The position numbers and the translations under genes were made by a program. DNA of 64,000 bases from Convolutriloba macropyga. Taxonomy: Eukaryota. The notes under the pieces were generated by a model. It did not search any database. It was not told where the DNA came from and saw only the letters and a list, made by a program, of their open reading frames with translations. The DNA lies in the NCBI RefSeq assembly GCF_964194025.1, contig NC_134470.1:46562001-46626000 (forward strand). The letters run 5' to 3'. Shown here piece by piece: positions 23,458-35,230 of this stretch. Position 1 is the stretch's first letter; every line of letters starts with the position of its first letter.

Positions 23458-26400
23458 ACTAAATTTAAATTTAGCAGGAGTAAAGTCTGATAGGAGCATG
23501 AATTAATTATATACGTCTAATATAGGTGATGTAAATACGATTTTTAGTGGCTCTAGAATGAAGTTTGAAGTGGTTGTTATAAATGTGTGTGCCCTCTTCA
23601 GAGCAAAATTTTTGTTTACCGTTTTGTTCTAAAAAATTCTTTTGATTTCACTTCGATTGACTTCTTGATATTTGCTCCTATTCAGAAATTACGTCCTTTA
23701 AGGTGAGGTCCATCCAAGTGGTCGATCGAACTCTTCCTTAGTGGGAGTTTCTTCACCCAAAAATACTAGATTACAGCCTTCTCTCTATTAATTTGCCGTG
23801 CGTCTTTCTAAAGCCGTTTTTACGATTGAGTCGGTTTGTTTGTAATCAATGATGATGAAAAGTATGAACAGTTGCAATTGGTTCTTTAAATTTACAATCA
23901 ATAATAATCATTTTTGTTATAGATAATTTTCGTGTACTTTAATTAATCAACTTTTGCTACTTACCGATACATATCACTTTCATCCTAGGTTACTACTTCG
24001 GGATCGTCTAGACTCCCATAATCAGCAGCATTGTCAGAAAAAAGTTTGCAAAGTGTATGCAATTGATCACTTGGTTTTATTGCCTGGTCTTATTGGCGTG
24101 ATGTTGAGAAACTGATTTGAACACATCATCACATATCTTATAATAATATAATATTAATCAGAATATGTCATCAAATAAACCTCAAGTAGTTGATGAAATA
24201 AGTTCAAAAATGTTGACATTTATTAGAGTTTCGCAATAGGCATTAATCACCTATAATTGGTTACTGGATACCGTTAACTTGAATATTAAAAGTAAAAAGT
24301 TTTTCAAACACCTTTAAGTCTTCGGATAAATTTGCTCCCAAAAGTTAATCTGTTCTTAAAAAATGACCAACTCTTTCAGCTTATTGTTTTACATCTTCCG
24401 TGAAAGTTAGTCTTCTTTTGCTCATTAAAATAACTTGTTGAGAAATTGAAGGCGGTTTTGCAAATTCATTGTTCATTTTTCTAAAAGCTACGCAAAAATT
24501 TTAGTCCCAGATCAATAATTTATGTTTTTTTTTTGCTTAAATGACATTGAATCAAATTCACTAACAAACTTTAATTCGTTTTTTTTTATTTATATGAAAT
24601 TTTAGCCTCTGGGTTTATTTCAATGTTTTTCTATTTAAACGTTAACTAACTGAAAAATTGAACAACCGTTGATACAAGACTGCTATTTTTTTCAGTCGAA
24701 AAACAATCAACATTACCAATTAAAAAACGCAGGGTACTTGATTTTCTGCAGAAAAGAAAACCCATCAAAACCCAGACTTTTTGTCACAGAACAGGTTACA
24801 TTGAGACCTTTTCATGTTTAGAGTCTTGTGATGGAAGAAAATCGGTGGAGTTAAAATTTCAATTATCAAATTTTTGCTCACATTATACTTCATCATGAGT
24901 ATTTAAAGTATACATATACTAATTTTAATTTAAGCTTTTCTCGAATCAGTTTTCTAGTTTTGATATTAAAGGCTTACTCGCGTTGAAACCCTAAAAAAAT
25001 CATCAAAAGTATTTTTTTTGACGTTTGATTTTTTTCGCTGTGCGATTTTCTTGTTTTATTTGTCCACCACGCTTGATTTAAAAATTTTTCGATTTTTTGG
25101 TTCAGTTATGTTTGAACAGAACAATTTATCATAAAAAACCGTATTGAGTGTTTTTGTCCATTTCGGGTTTTGGGAAAATGATTTTCCCTCTAATTTTTAA
25201 CAATTTTGATAGTCTGAATTGTTGAAAAAACGATTCTTCTTAATGTGTTCTTGAGAGTTTCTTAATGTGTTCTTAATGATTTTTGCGAAAGGTAGCTGGA
25301 AAACGCTTCTAATGGACCGGGGACTTTGTTCCATTGAGCTGAAATGTCCCCATTATTGTTACTTTTTCTGACTTATCTTGTTTTGGTTTAATAAGTGGGA
25401 ATGTCTTAGATGAATCGAGCAGTTTTTGGTTTTCTCCTCTTTTTCAATTTTCGAAAAGTTTTTGGCTAACGTTCTGTTCACGCTCTCGTTATAAAAGCTT
25501 TTCAATTTATTCACAGTTTGTCAACTGAATTCCTGTTGTGTTGTTTTTGCTCTTACGGCGAGCAGTTTTTCCTGCTCATTCCCTGAAATTTTTTGCATGT
25601 GGAGTTTTCAAATTCAGCTGTTTGTTCCTGTTGTTTGGGGGGAAATTGTGAAAAACATATGATTTTAATTTAGTTTCAACTACACATGTCGCACACAAGA
25701 TTTTAGCCTGAAGTTTAGAGATTTCTGCTGTTCTTTTTTTTCATTTAACTATGTTTATCTTTATGAGATTGTTTAATTGATCTCGGACGATTTTTAGCAA
25801 TTGTATTAGTTCTATGGTCTTTTTATCTGATTTTCGCATGATCTGTTTTTTGTCTGACGCTTTGACTTTTTCTAGCTTGACTTCACGATTTTTGCGTGAG
25901 TTTGATAACTCTCATTCTTTCTTAAAGCAGCTAACTTTATTAGCGACAATTTACTATCAAAAGTCAAATATAAAACGCTTCAAAATTGGTTTTATTTTAA
26001 ATCTTATAATTGATTTATAGTAAGCTCTAATACCATAATTATAAGCCCCAATGTGACATACCCACTCTGCCTGCTGTAAGGAACATTTGTGACATTATAC
26101 CCCCTCCCTTAACTGATCTCGCCTGTCATTTGGGAGTAATGCAAACGATGTTAGTCCGATATGTTTTCAGCAAGTTTTACGGGACCGTTTTGGCTGTTGA
26201 TGTCTTTTTTGCCTCTGCTGCTTGTCTTTTTGTCAACGTAAATTCCTTTTAACCCATAAATCTGTTTGTGGCTTTTGGCAAGGAGATTTTGCAATTTATC
26301 TGTCTAAAGGATTATATCTGAGTTGGACTTGGCGTCTATGTTGATATGCATTTAAAAAAAACACAGGTTAAAACGAACGTGGTCTGACATGGATTTGAAA

Positions 26401-26670
26401 TGGATTGTTTTCATGGAAATTAATTCTTGTTTAAACTATGGTATTGCTGTAACGTTCCTGCTAGATTTCATTATCAGTTGGAAGTCCATTATCATTTGCT
26501 GTCCTCTAGATGCTTTCGTTGGGTAAGTATAGGTAGATAAAAAATACATGAGTTATCAAACTGAACATGGTCGAGTTGACTTCGAGAGTCCTTTAGCAGA
26601 GGGTACATTTTGTGTTAATTAGCTCTGAACTCGGATTATTTGCTGTATGAAGGAGCCAAATGTTCCTATT
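23458..26670 (+). repeat. Tandem segmental duplication, copy 2
   Basis: Diverged direct copy of 19371-23015, with many substitutions and small indels. Confidence 0.95.
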
Positions 26671-26850
26671 TTTTGCTTTTTTTTGTTTATTTGTTAGCTT
26701 ATGAATGCTTGTGGCTAGAGGAGCTGTGAACACATTTTTTTTTTCGTTTTTTTTACTGCCAAAAAAATTGATATCGGATTGTGAGTACCTGTGTTAAACG
26801 TTGGTAATCTCGTTTTTAAGATAACGTAGTTAAGAAAAGTGCGGTACGTA

Positions 26851-27057
26851 TAGCGTGTCCCATAAAGTTGAAATAAGCGAAGGTTTCAAAAGCCACAAGT
26901 TAGAGGTCAAAGTTCAAATTTAAAACATGTAGAAAAAATTGATGAATGAAAACTTAATGGAGAAAACGTTGACATTCAAATGAGCACATTGATGCTCATT
27001 TGCACGTTTTTGGCGTTTTTCGAACGTTCGCTTATTTTAACTTTATGGGACAGACTA
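26851..27057. mobile_element. Tc1/mariner-type MITE
   Basis: TIRs TAGCGTGTCCCATAAAGTTGAAATAAGCGAA / TTCGCTTATTTTAACTTTATGGGACAGACTA, flanked by TA on both sides. Confidence 0.8.
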
Positions 27058-27189
27058 TATTAAACACTATTTGACCAGTTTACGTTCTTTAACTCGATGC
27101 CTTGATGCCTTAAAAAAATCTGCATTACAGCAAGGAAATGAAAAAGATATTTTCAGTGTTTTGTTCTATATATCTATATTTACATCATT

Positions 27190-27266
27190 AATTGTTTCTT
27201 GCAGCTAATCAATGGTGACACTTTAAATTTTGAAGTGTGGCCATTGATTAGCTTCAAGAAACAATT
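27190..27266. repeat. Near-perfect ~77-bp palindrome/hairpin
   Basis: AATTGTTTCTTGCAGCTAATCAATGG ... CCATTGATTAGCTTCAAGAAACAATT, with CACTTTAAA/TTTGAAGTG inner arms. Confidence 0.9.
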
Positions 27267-28473
27267 GGAAATAGATCGTGAAAGTCAACTGCCTGCTATT
27301 CTGTCGGCGGGTACACTCAAAAATGTATTTCACACTCGGTTCAAAATGTTATAAGACTGAATTTGTACTGCATTTTATTGAAGAAAACATCGAGATCGTT
27401 GTCATACGCAAGTTGAATTTGTGAACTATTCCTCCACTAAATTTTGAATTTGTTTTTTGTTTCAGTAAGGCGTTCCACGAATATTGATTATATCAATTTT
27501 TGTTATTTCATATTAAATTGATTTTCAGTTTTCTGCTATTTTAAATTATTATCAGTTTTGTGCTATTGTTCCTATGTGGTGAGAAAGGAACACTGTATCA
27601 ATTCTTGGGCAATCAATCTGATTCCTCGTGATCCATCTGAATTGCAATGAAAACGACAAATATTTTGCAACAAATGTTTAGTCTCAGAAAAGTATTTTGC
27701 AAATGTTCACTTTTTGCAGTTTTTATAAATGGAAAGGACGAACCGCCCCCTTCAAATTGTCTTTTGTAAATCTGCATCTGATTGGTATGATTGACATCTC
27801 TCTTGTATTTTAGAGAGGAGAAATCAAGTCATTGCTAAATGTCATTCATCCAATATTGTTGAATGAACAAGGAAGTCTAATGAATGGTTTGCGTTGATCG
27901 TCCTTTCACTGCGGAGTCACATTGACTTCTCTGTTTCTGTATTTGCTATGTCCATCTGCCAACACTCATTCAATACGATATATAGTAATCTTAATTGACG
28001 TAGTGTGTTGTTGGCCAAGTGACTTCGACTTTAAACGCCCCCTCCTCTTTTTTACAAGTCAACTTTTTTCGTTATTTCAAAACCGCAATTTAGTTTTTAA
28101 TATAAAATAAGAAAGCTGAGGCATATGTGCTTTCGCCCTGCTAGTTTCTGGCTTGTAGATCAAAACTTGTTGGTCTTCGGCATATTTGTTCTTCCAGATT
28201 AAATCTATATCTAACTGTACATGGTACATGGCACTTACGTATTAGAAATTGTGACTCAATAGTAATTTTCAACTACAAATACACTCGTTGACTTAAGTAA
28301 GCACATAAAATCCAACTTTACATGGTAAGATTCCTGTTTTTGAAGCCGATTTTATTTAACTTAATAATGGTGGTTCCTTTTGATTTTTATGTCAATCAAC
28401 GCATATTCATCAGATGTTTAGATCTTAATTCAGAAAAACTGACTGGCCTACTTACAGAACAAAGCCAGATAGA

Positions 28474-28653
28474 ATTTGGCCAGTTTTCAGTAAGCAGCGG
28501 TGAATTGAGTTCTACGTGAACTCTGTTCAACGTGATCATTAGTATGTTGATTTCACGATACAAATTTTTGCTTGAACTGAGGAGGCATGATGAAGTTGAA
28601 CAGATTTCACGTGAAACTCAACTCACTGCTGCTTACAAAAAAACTGGCCAAAT
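28474..28653. repeat. Inverted-repeat element (MITE-like)
   Basis: ATTTGGCCAGTTTT..TAAGCAGCGGTGAATTGAGTT..ACGTGAA.TCTGTTCAAC is inverted in GTTGAACAGATTTCACGTGAAACTCAACTCACTGCTGCTTA..AAAACTGGCCAAAT. Confidence 0.75.
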
Positions 28654-29057
28654 GCTAACAGGCATTTTACCATGTAAAATTTAATTTTGTGAGTTTACTT
28701 TCGTCAACCAGTTTATCCGGGACGTGACTGTGCTTGTACTTTGTGGAAACTTATGAGCCATTAAGATTTTTGACGTTTCATATGTCGTTTTATAAACCTC
28801 CCAACGTCGCTCTAAAGCAGACCTGAAGGTTGAAGGTTATTAAATAAACGAACACTGAAGGAAATTTGGCATAATATAAACATTATAATTTTTTTTGCTT
28901 TATAACATTATAAGCATTATAAATATTTGCAGCTTTGTACTGATGTTTTTCATAATATTTCCCGAGACAGATTTTTTGCACTCAATCCGAGTGCATTTTC
29001 ATCTGTACACTTAGCTGTCTAATGTAATGTCAGTGACCTTAGAATGACCTATGGAGG

Positions 29058-29123
29058 TACATTCAGTTTGAGGTGCCATAAAAGTTGAGGTGCCATGAAG
29101 ATACATTCAGATTGAGGTGCCAT
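29058..29123 (+). repeat. Short tandem repeat of TTGAGGTGCCAT units
   Basis: Three TTGAGGTGCCAT copies, two preceded by TACATTCAG. Confidence 0.85.
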
Positions 29124-29491
29124 AACGTGCTATCAATTATTTAATGTATTGCTTGTTGTTCGGTCGCACTGTAGTGGGAGAGGAATTATATACTCAACTG
29201 GTTTTTATGTTAGTCAATTTTTGCCGATCGATATATTCATTGTACAGTATTGTGAGTGGTATCATTAGAAAGCTTGTAAAACGTAGTATTTCAAATTAAA
29301 AAGATTTTTTTTTTGAATTTCGCTTTTTTTTGAGGAGTTAACGGAGGTTTAAAGAAATGTGAACGTCAGCCTAACCTCCGTTGTTTTGTTCAAATTTTTC
29401 GCAAATTTCGATCGCATTTTGCTAAAGTATGTTAAAATTGTTAACGATAGTCTCATTGGTTTTATGTTTAATAACAGAAGAGGAAAAAATG

Positions 29492-29600
29492 CTGAATTTT
29501 CAAAAATATAGTCGAAAATTTTGCCACAACAATTGGCTCAAACTATTCGTGTGAGCCAACTGTTGTGGCAAAATTTTCAACTAATTTTTTGAAAATTCAG
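29492..29600. repeat. ~110-bp imperfect palindrome/hairpin
   Basis: CTGAATTTTCAAAAA..GAAAATTTTGCCACAACAATTGGCTCA / TGAGCCAACTGTTGTGGCAAAATTTTC..TTTTTGAAAATTCAG. Confidence 0.9.
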
Positions 29601-31287
29601 AATTTTTCTTTCATAAAAAATGGCATCAAATATTCCTATTTGTTCCACTTTGTCCAGTTTGAACGGTGGCGCAGACGTCAGAACACTGCAAACATAAACT
29701 TCCTTTTTTCAGATATTAGCTAATTGTACTTCCGGTTCCTCAGAAAGTTCTCTGGAAATAACCCTTTTGCTAATTTAAACCGACATTTATTTAAAAAAAT
29801 GTAGTTTGTTTCTGATATATTAAGTTTTTCATTTACCAAAAAAACTATCAAGATGTTTTTGTGAGAAAATGAGTTTTTCAACAGCTGCGAAGCGATAGCA
29901 AAACCAGTTTCGGTTGATTTTTTCCATGAAAAAGGATTCTGATTGTATTTTGGGTCTGTTATTTTAAAATATTTTTGCGTTTTTTTTATCCCAATTAAGA
30001 GTCTTTTCACTTGAAGGTTCTATTATTAAGAGCTTCCTTTTAGTCCAATTGGGTCTAGTGAAACATTAATTTGTTTTTTGAGTAAAGCTCATGTTTTTTA
30101 TGGCCCCGACTAATTGTTTACATAATTGTTTTTGCGTTATTTGATGTTCTTTTACCGCATTTGATTTTCGTTTGCCGCATTTGATGTTCTTTGTAGTATT
30201 ATGACTGAGTCTGATTGATTATATGTCTAAATTGATATCGAGGAGCTATTGCAAAAACTCTAATGCTGTCAATTGACACGTAATGAATTTTTGGTGATAT
30301 CCAAAATTCTTCATTTATTTTTGATATGACTTTTGGTCCAATCAGCTATTTTGGTAACCTTTGGGATATTTTTTGTTGTAGTTGAGAAGCAGCAGGAGTG
30401 GGACTAGTTTATCTAGTTGGTAATGAAAATCTATAGTTCAAAAATTAATCGGATTGTAATGCGGCCAGTGTATTTTTTTTGAAATACTTTTGCCTTTTCT
30501 TTGGGCTAGCTACAGACCAGAATGATTTCAAATCAAACATCAGTTTTTTACGGATCAAATTTACCACTAATCTGAGGCCAATGAACGTACATTGTAATTT
30601 CAGCTCAAAGCATATGAATTTGCTTCAACACCAATTGCATAAAACTTTTCTTGAATTTTGCGAGTGCAGCCTGTATTCAGTGTCAATGTGTTATTCAGTG
30701 TCAAAGTGACCTATTCTCACTAATGACTTGCAAAATTGTTTTCCTAGTCAGTAACAATTGATGCTGCTCGCCATTTTTAAGTTGAAAGCTTACGGTTGCT
30801 ATTCCTTACGCCTTTAAAAATTTGTTTTAAGAAAAATGGTAATTTCAGGTTTGCCATTTTCTCTCATTTCTGTTACTTTTCAGCATAGTCTCAGCAAAAA
30901 GAGAGGTCATGTTTTTTCATTTGATTTATGTCGTAGTGTCATTGCAGTTTTTTTTAAAAAATATGGGTTTTTATAGTTGATTCTACGAGTTTTCATAAAC
31001 TTTTTTGACAATTTTCCAATTTTTGTGGTTCTTTTTTATGTCTCGCCCGAGCATCAGGTTATCGGCTTATTAAAGACGAGTCTCATAGCATATTTATGCC
31101 GCTGAAGTATGGTGCAATTGATTGTGTTATAAATTTTTTTAATAGATTTTGATTTTATAGGCTTCGACACCGTTTCTCGCAAAATTTAATTGCCCTTTGG
31201 ATTTTTGCTTGAGTGCTCTCTATTGCTCTCACTCCGAAGAAACGCTTGTTGTTAAATTAAAAATTAATTGCAGCAAAGCTAAAGAAT

Positions 31288-31460
31288 GGCCTGATAGCCG
31301 AATGGGCACTGCTTCTGGTGAGGGATCCGGAGCTCCATGGTTCGAATCCCACACTATTTTTTAACCCATAAGGAAAAATTTATCTAGGCTACAGCCCCTG
31401 AATTAAATTGCATCGCCTGTCGTTAGAGAGCAGTTCTTCCGACATTAGTCGGTTTAAGTT
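31288..31460 (+). mobile_element. tRNA-derived SINE
   Basis: A box TAGCCGAATGG (31295-31305), B box GGTTCGAATCC (31339-31349), no tRNA acceptor-stem closure; 3' tail GAGAGCAGTTCTTCCGACATTAGTCGGTTT shared with the SINE at 48.9 kb. Confidence 0.7.
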
Positions 31461-33762
31461 TTGATTGTATAGGGGCAATTTTTGGCGCGGGGCGTGTTAA
31501 ATCGGGACTCGAGATCATATTGAAAATGCTCGTCAAAGATTTTGTTTTTGAGCTGTATGCCAACGCATGCTCGTTTTTGTGTAATAACTGTGTATCCGTT
31601 CAGAATGTGGCACTTCTGTTTATTGCATAAACAAAAAGAACGTGCTAGCATAGAGTTCCTTCCTTTAACTGGTTGAATATACACTCTTAAAACATTTAAT
31701 GTGGCTTCAAATTAGCTTCTGGAGTTCTACAAAACGTTTTTTACAAGTTAAACCGAATTGAAAACACATTAATAGTATGGTCATTTGAGGTTGCTCTAAA
31801 CCCTGCCAAGCTGAAGAAGTGACGCTTATTTAAATGAGACTTAAAATAGTAAGGTGTTGAATCCAGAATTCATTGATCTTTTTCACCATCTGAGAACATG
31901 TAATTTTGAAAAAAAATATTTCAAACTTTTTGTTGATCGAATGATTAACTATCTCAAAAAAGCTTATTATCTGTATCTACCTTAATTTCACTTAATACAG
32001 GAATGCTTTGTCCTTATTATGACACTACTTGAAATTGTTTCGCTCAATCTGTTTCACTGCAAATTTTTCGCAGCTTTTAAAGGTTGCTCGTTTTGTCTCA
32101 CGTGGAGTACTTAATGTGAACCTGGACTGCTACATCTTTTAAAATCAAGATTTTGCTATATAAACGTATCTGCCCATCATATAGGATAAATGTTGCAAAT
32201 TCCGAGTTTTTTGCTTGCCTTTTTAAATGTTGCTTGCACCAGTGAGTATGCCATATTTATAAGATATTAATGACAGGATAAAACTGTTCTGTCTATGCTT
32301 TTCCTTAGTTCATTTGGAAAGAATCATTTTGTGGATGACTAGAAATAAAATTGGCTTAAATGTCTACGATCGTGTGCTTTGTTTGTCTCCTGTTTAACCC
32401 TAACTTAATAAATGTGTAGTGGCTATAAGTGTTGCTTTGGTAAATAAAAAAGCTGTTTGAAGTTGGAGTTGGTTGTTCATTGTTGTTTTCACATTGCTCC
32501 AAATTTGAACTGCAATTGAATAGTATTACAGCTTTGGGGAACTGCAATGTGTCTTGTGTCCAAACATGAAAGCTTTTCCGTCTCTTCGGTGCAAATAGGT
32601 TGGGGACTGTTCATGTCTGTCATTGTTTGACTCGTTTCCTAAACGCTTTAATGAACTGGAATAATGTCCGGTGGGGGATTTTTGGGCAATTTGTCTGGCA
32701 AATATCTACAGAGTTGATCTTATTTCATCTGGAACTAATTGTCCACTAGTCTATTTTTAGTACAGCTGGTATCAACAAATTGCAGGATTTCGGGAGACGA
32801 AGGAATTTTGGAGTTTAAAGGATTTTAGTTTTAAATCCTGTCTGAAGAAAGTTTGCAGAAACTGATTAGTGTTAATGTTTCAAAAACCACCCAACGTGTC
32901 TTGTTATTATCTGATAGGTCAATGCTCTTTGAACGTATGGTTTTCGAAACCTGTATACCGTTTAAAAACAAGGTAAATTGAGCAGTGTTGGAGTTTGAAA
33001 AGGCGGGTTCTAAATATTCCCTGATTGAAATCGCTTTAAATTCCAACTACTCAAATGAGGAAATAAGGCCAATAGTGAATGGTAGCACATGTAGCCAAGC
33101 ACCGCCTGCATCACCACCGGCGCTTTATTAATTTGTAGCGATTAGGAGTCGAAATTCACCGGAGCCATTGTGGTCAATTTAATTTCCTTAGAATTGCTTT
33201 ATTTTACTAGACAATCCACCCCAAAACTTCAAAATTTGACGCTTGTATAATTAATTATAGGCAGAGTAGAACACATAAAAGTGTCTAAATTTGACTTAGA
33301 AATTTTAAGTTCTGTGAGTAATGTGGCGCAATGGTCATTGAAATCTGGGAAATAATAAAAAGGGCACCAAAAAACCTTCCATAGCTACGCTGATGTAATC
33401 ATATGCAACCAAAAATATTTTGATAGGAAGTTCAGTAGCTGAATATCTGTTTTTCCTAGGGTTACTTTCCAGCTTGTCGGAGAGAAATTAAATTTTCCCC
33501 GCTTTCAATAGTATATTTGAATGACGATAGTTATTTGCAACTTAACCATTGTTGTTATATTGATTTTACCGCGTATAGAGTATCTTATTTCTACATTCAT
33601 GTTTCGACATTCCCAAATGAAACAATAATACAGTATTTTTGAGTATAAAAAATTCGATTGCAGCATTTTGAAGCTTTCAAAGGTATGTCATGTAGAGCCA
33701 GATTCAGATACTAAAATTATTCTGACTAACGTTACAAGTGAGCCAGGTTCAAACTTTTCAGT

Positions 33763-34510
33763 GGACGGCGGAGAAAGTGCAAAATGGCGTAGTTTATGCT
33801 TTAATTTTAAATTATGAACGAGTGAGGAAAATTGGGAATGGAGTTGAACGAAAACTGCAATTTGCAAACGTTGAAAAATATTCGATTTTCAATTGTGTTT
33901 TCGCAACTTTTCGTGAGGGTGGTTCTTGGTGATAACTTAACCACATTGGAGCGTCACGTCGGCACAGAATATTTGTAAATGTTTGCCTACAGAAATACCC
34001 CAATGCAGAAAGATGTACCATTTTTTTCCTGCTGTGTATAGAAGAACGTTACTGCTGACATTTGCAGTTATAGTTTTTCTGTCGTCAGCGTAAAAATTTT
34101 AAAAAATCTTATACATAAAAAATTGTTGGTTTTCATTGCTTTACAAAGATTAATGTTTTCAGTATCAGTAACATCTGAAAGCTGAGTTGTTCTTGGATCT
34201 TTTGAATATAGCGCTGGTACATTACCACACAGCGCAATTTAATTGGCTTTCCCTGATCCGAGTATTCTTGCTTGATTTATTGCATGCATTATTATGAGCT
34301 CAATGAAAACCCATCCATCGTAGGGTAACGGTAAGGTAATTGTAATTTTTCTTCCTTGAATTTGTTAGGTACCGAATCAAGTAGATTTAAGTAGTACCTG
34401 CTGTTATCTTTCTCAGTCAAATTTGGATGACGAATTTAAGTGCTGGCGCCTGTTTTTTTCATGCAAAATTTTTGATTGTCTTTTACGTCCTAGACGTTCA
34501 GATTTTTTTA
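33763..34510 (+). repeat. Local direct duplication, copy 1 (copy 2 at 34630-35845; partial third copy 48280-48455)
   Basis: GGACGG.GGAGAAAGTGCAAAATGGCGT, GATAACTTAACCACATTGGAGC, AATGAAAACCCATCCATCGTA and TTTTACGTCCTAGA are repeated colinearly. Confidence 0.9.
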
Positions 34511-34689
34511 AAAAAGTGATTGGATATGAGGCTCACGTGATGAGTCGAATCATACTGTAGAAGTTGTTGAAGCAATTCTATGCCTTCTCTTGGTACTGCT
34601 TGGGCCAGTGGTTTTAAAAGCGAGGAAAGGGACGGAGGAGAAAGTGCAAAATGGCGTCGTTCATGCTTTAATTTTAAATTAAAAACTAA

Positions 34690-35230
34690 TTAATAGCCGC
34701 CCTCATCTTCTCAGCCGGCTATTATAGCGCTCCTATTTTTTTTTACTTCGTCGAATAAAAAAATGTTTCGCTTTACCTCATTTTGCCGCCTTTTCAACAT
34801 TTTGCGTGAAATCTTTTTGACTTCTCTAGGCTAGTTTCTCTCTTCTCTCATTCTGCTAAAAGTGAATTTGAACATCAGTTGCTCATCAAAGCAATTCAAA
34901 ATGAACAGAGTCAGTCTAAAAATTGAAGTCAGAAATAGAAACGGGATAAAACCATAACGCCCAATTTTAGATGCCCGCTATTTGAACGTCGTTCCTATAA
35001 GTCTTATTTACCATCTTTAATGCTTATTGTTATTGATAGTAGCCCCTGTAGCCTCTCTCTAAGAAACAGAAGTATGTTCAACAACGAAATGCCATCAAAA
35101 TAAATCGGACTTAAAAAAATGTTTTTGTACAAAAATCTTTTTTTTTTCGATATCTTCTGTTATTTCAATCCCAATCATGCTTATTGGAATCAACGGCGGC
35201 TATTTTCCGGCAATCTGCCGGGTATGTTTT
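34690..35230 (+). mobile_element. Non-autonomous Helentron/DINE-1-like (HINE) element inserted in duplication copy 2
   Basis: 5' subterminal AATAGCCGCC with nearby partial inverted copy CGGCTATTA. 3' subterminal IR GGCGGCTATT (35195-35204) followed by stem-loop CCGGCA-ATC-TGCCGG (35207-35221). T-rich flanks; absent from duplication copy 1. Confidence 0.65.

Noticed and set aside
29058-29123. Short spaced direct repeats resembling a mini-CRISPR
   Set aside because: Eukaryotic context, 12-bp units, tiny irregular spacers, no cas genes.
31288-31355. Possible tRNA gene (also 48875-48945)
   Set aside because: A and B boxes are present but the acceptor and anticodon stems do not pair; the shared downstream tails indicate SINEs.
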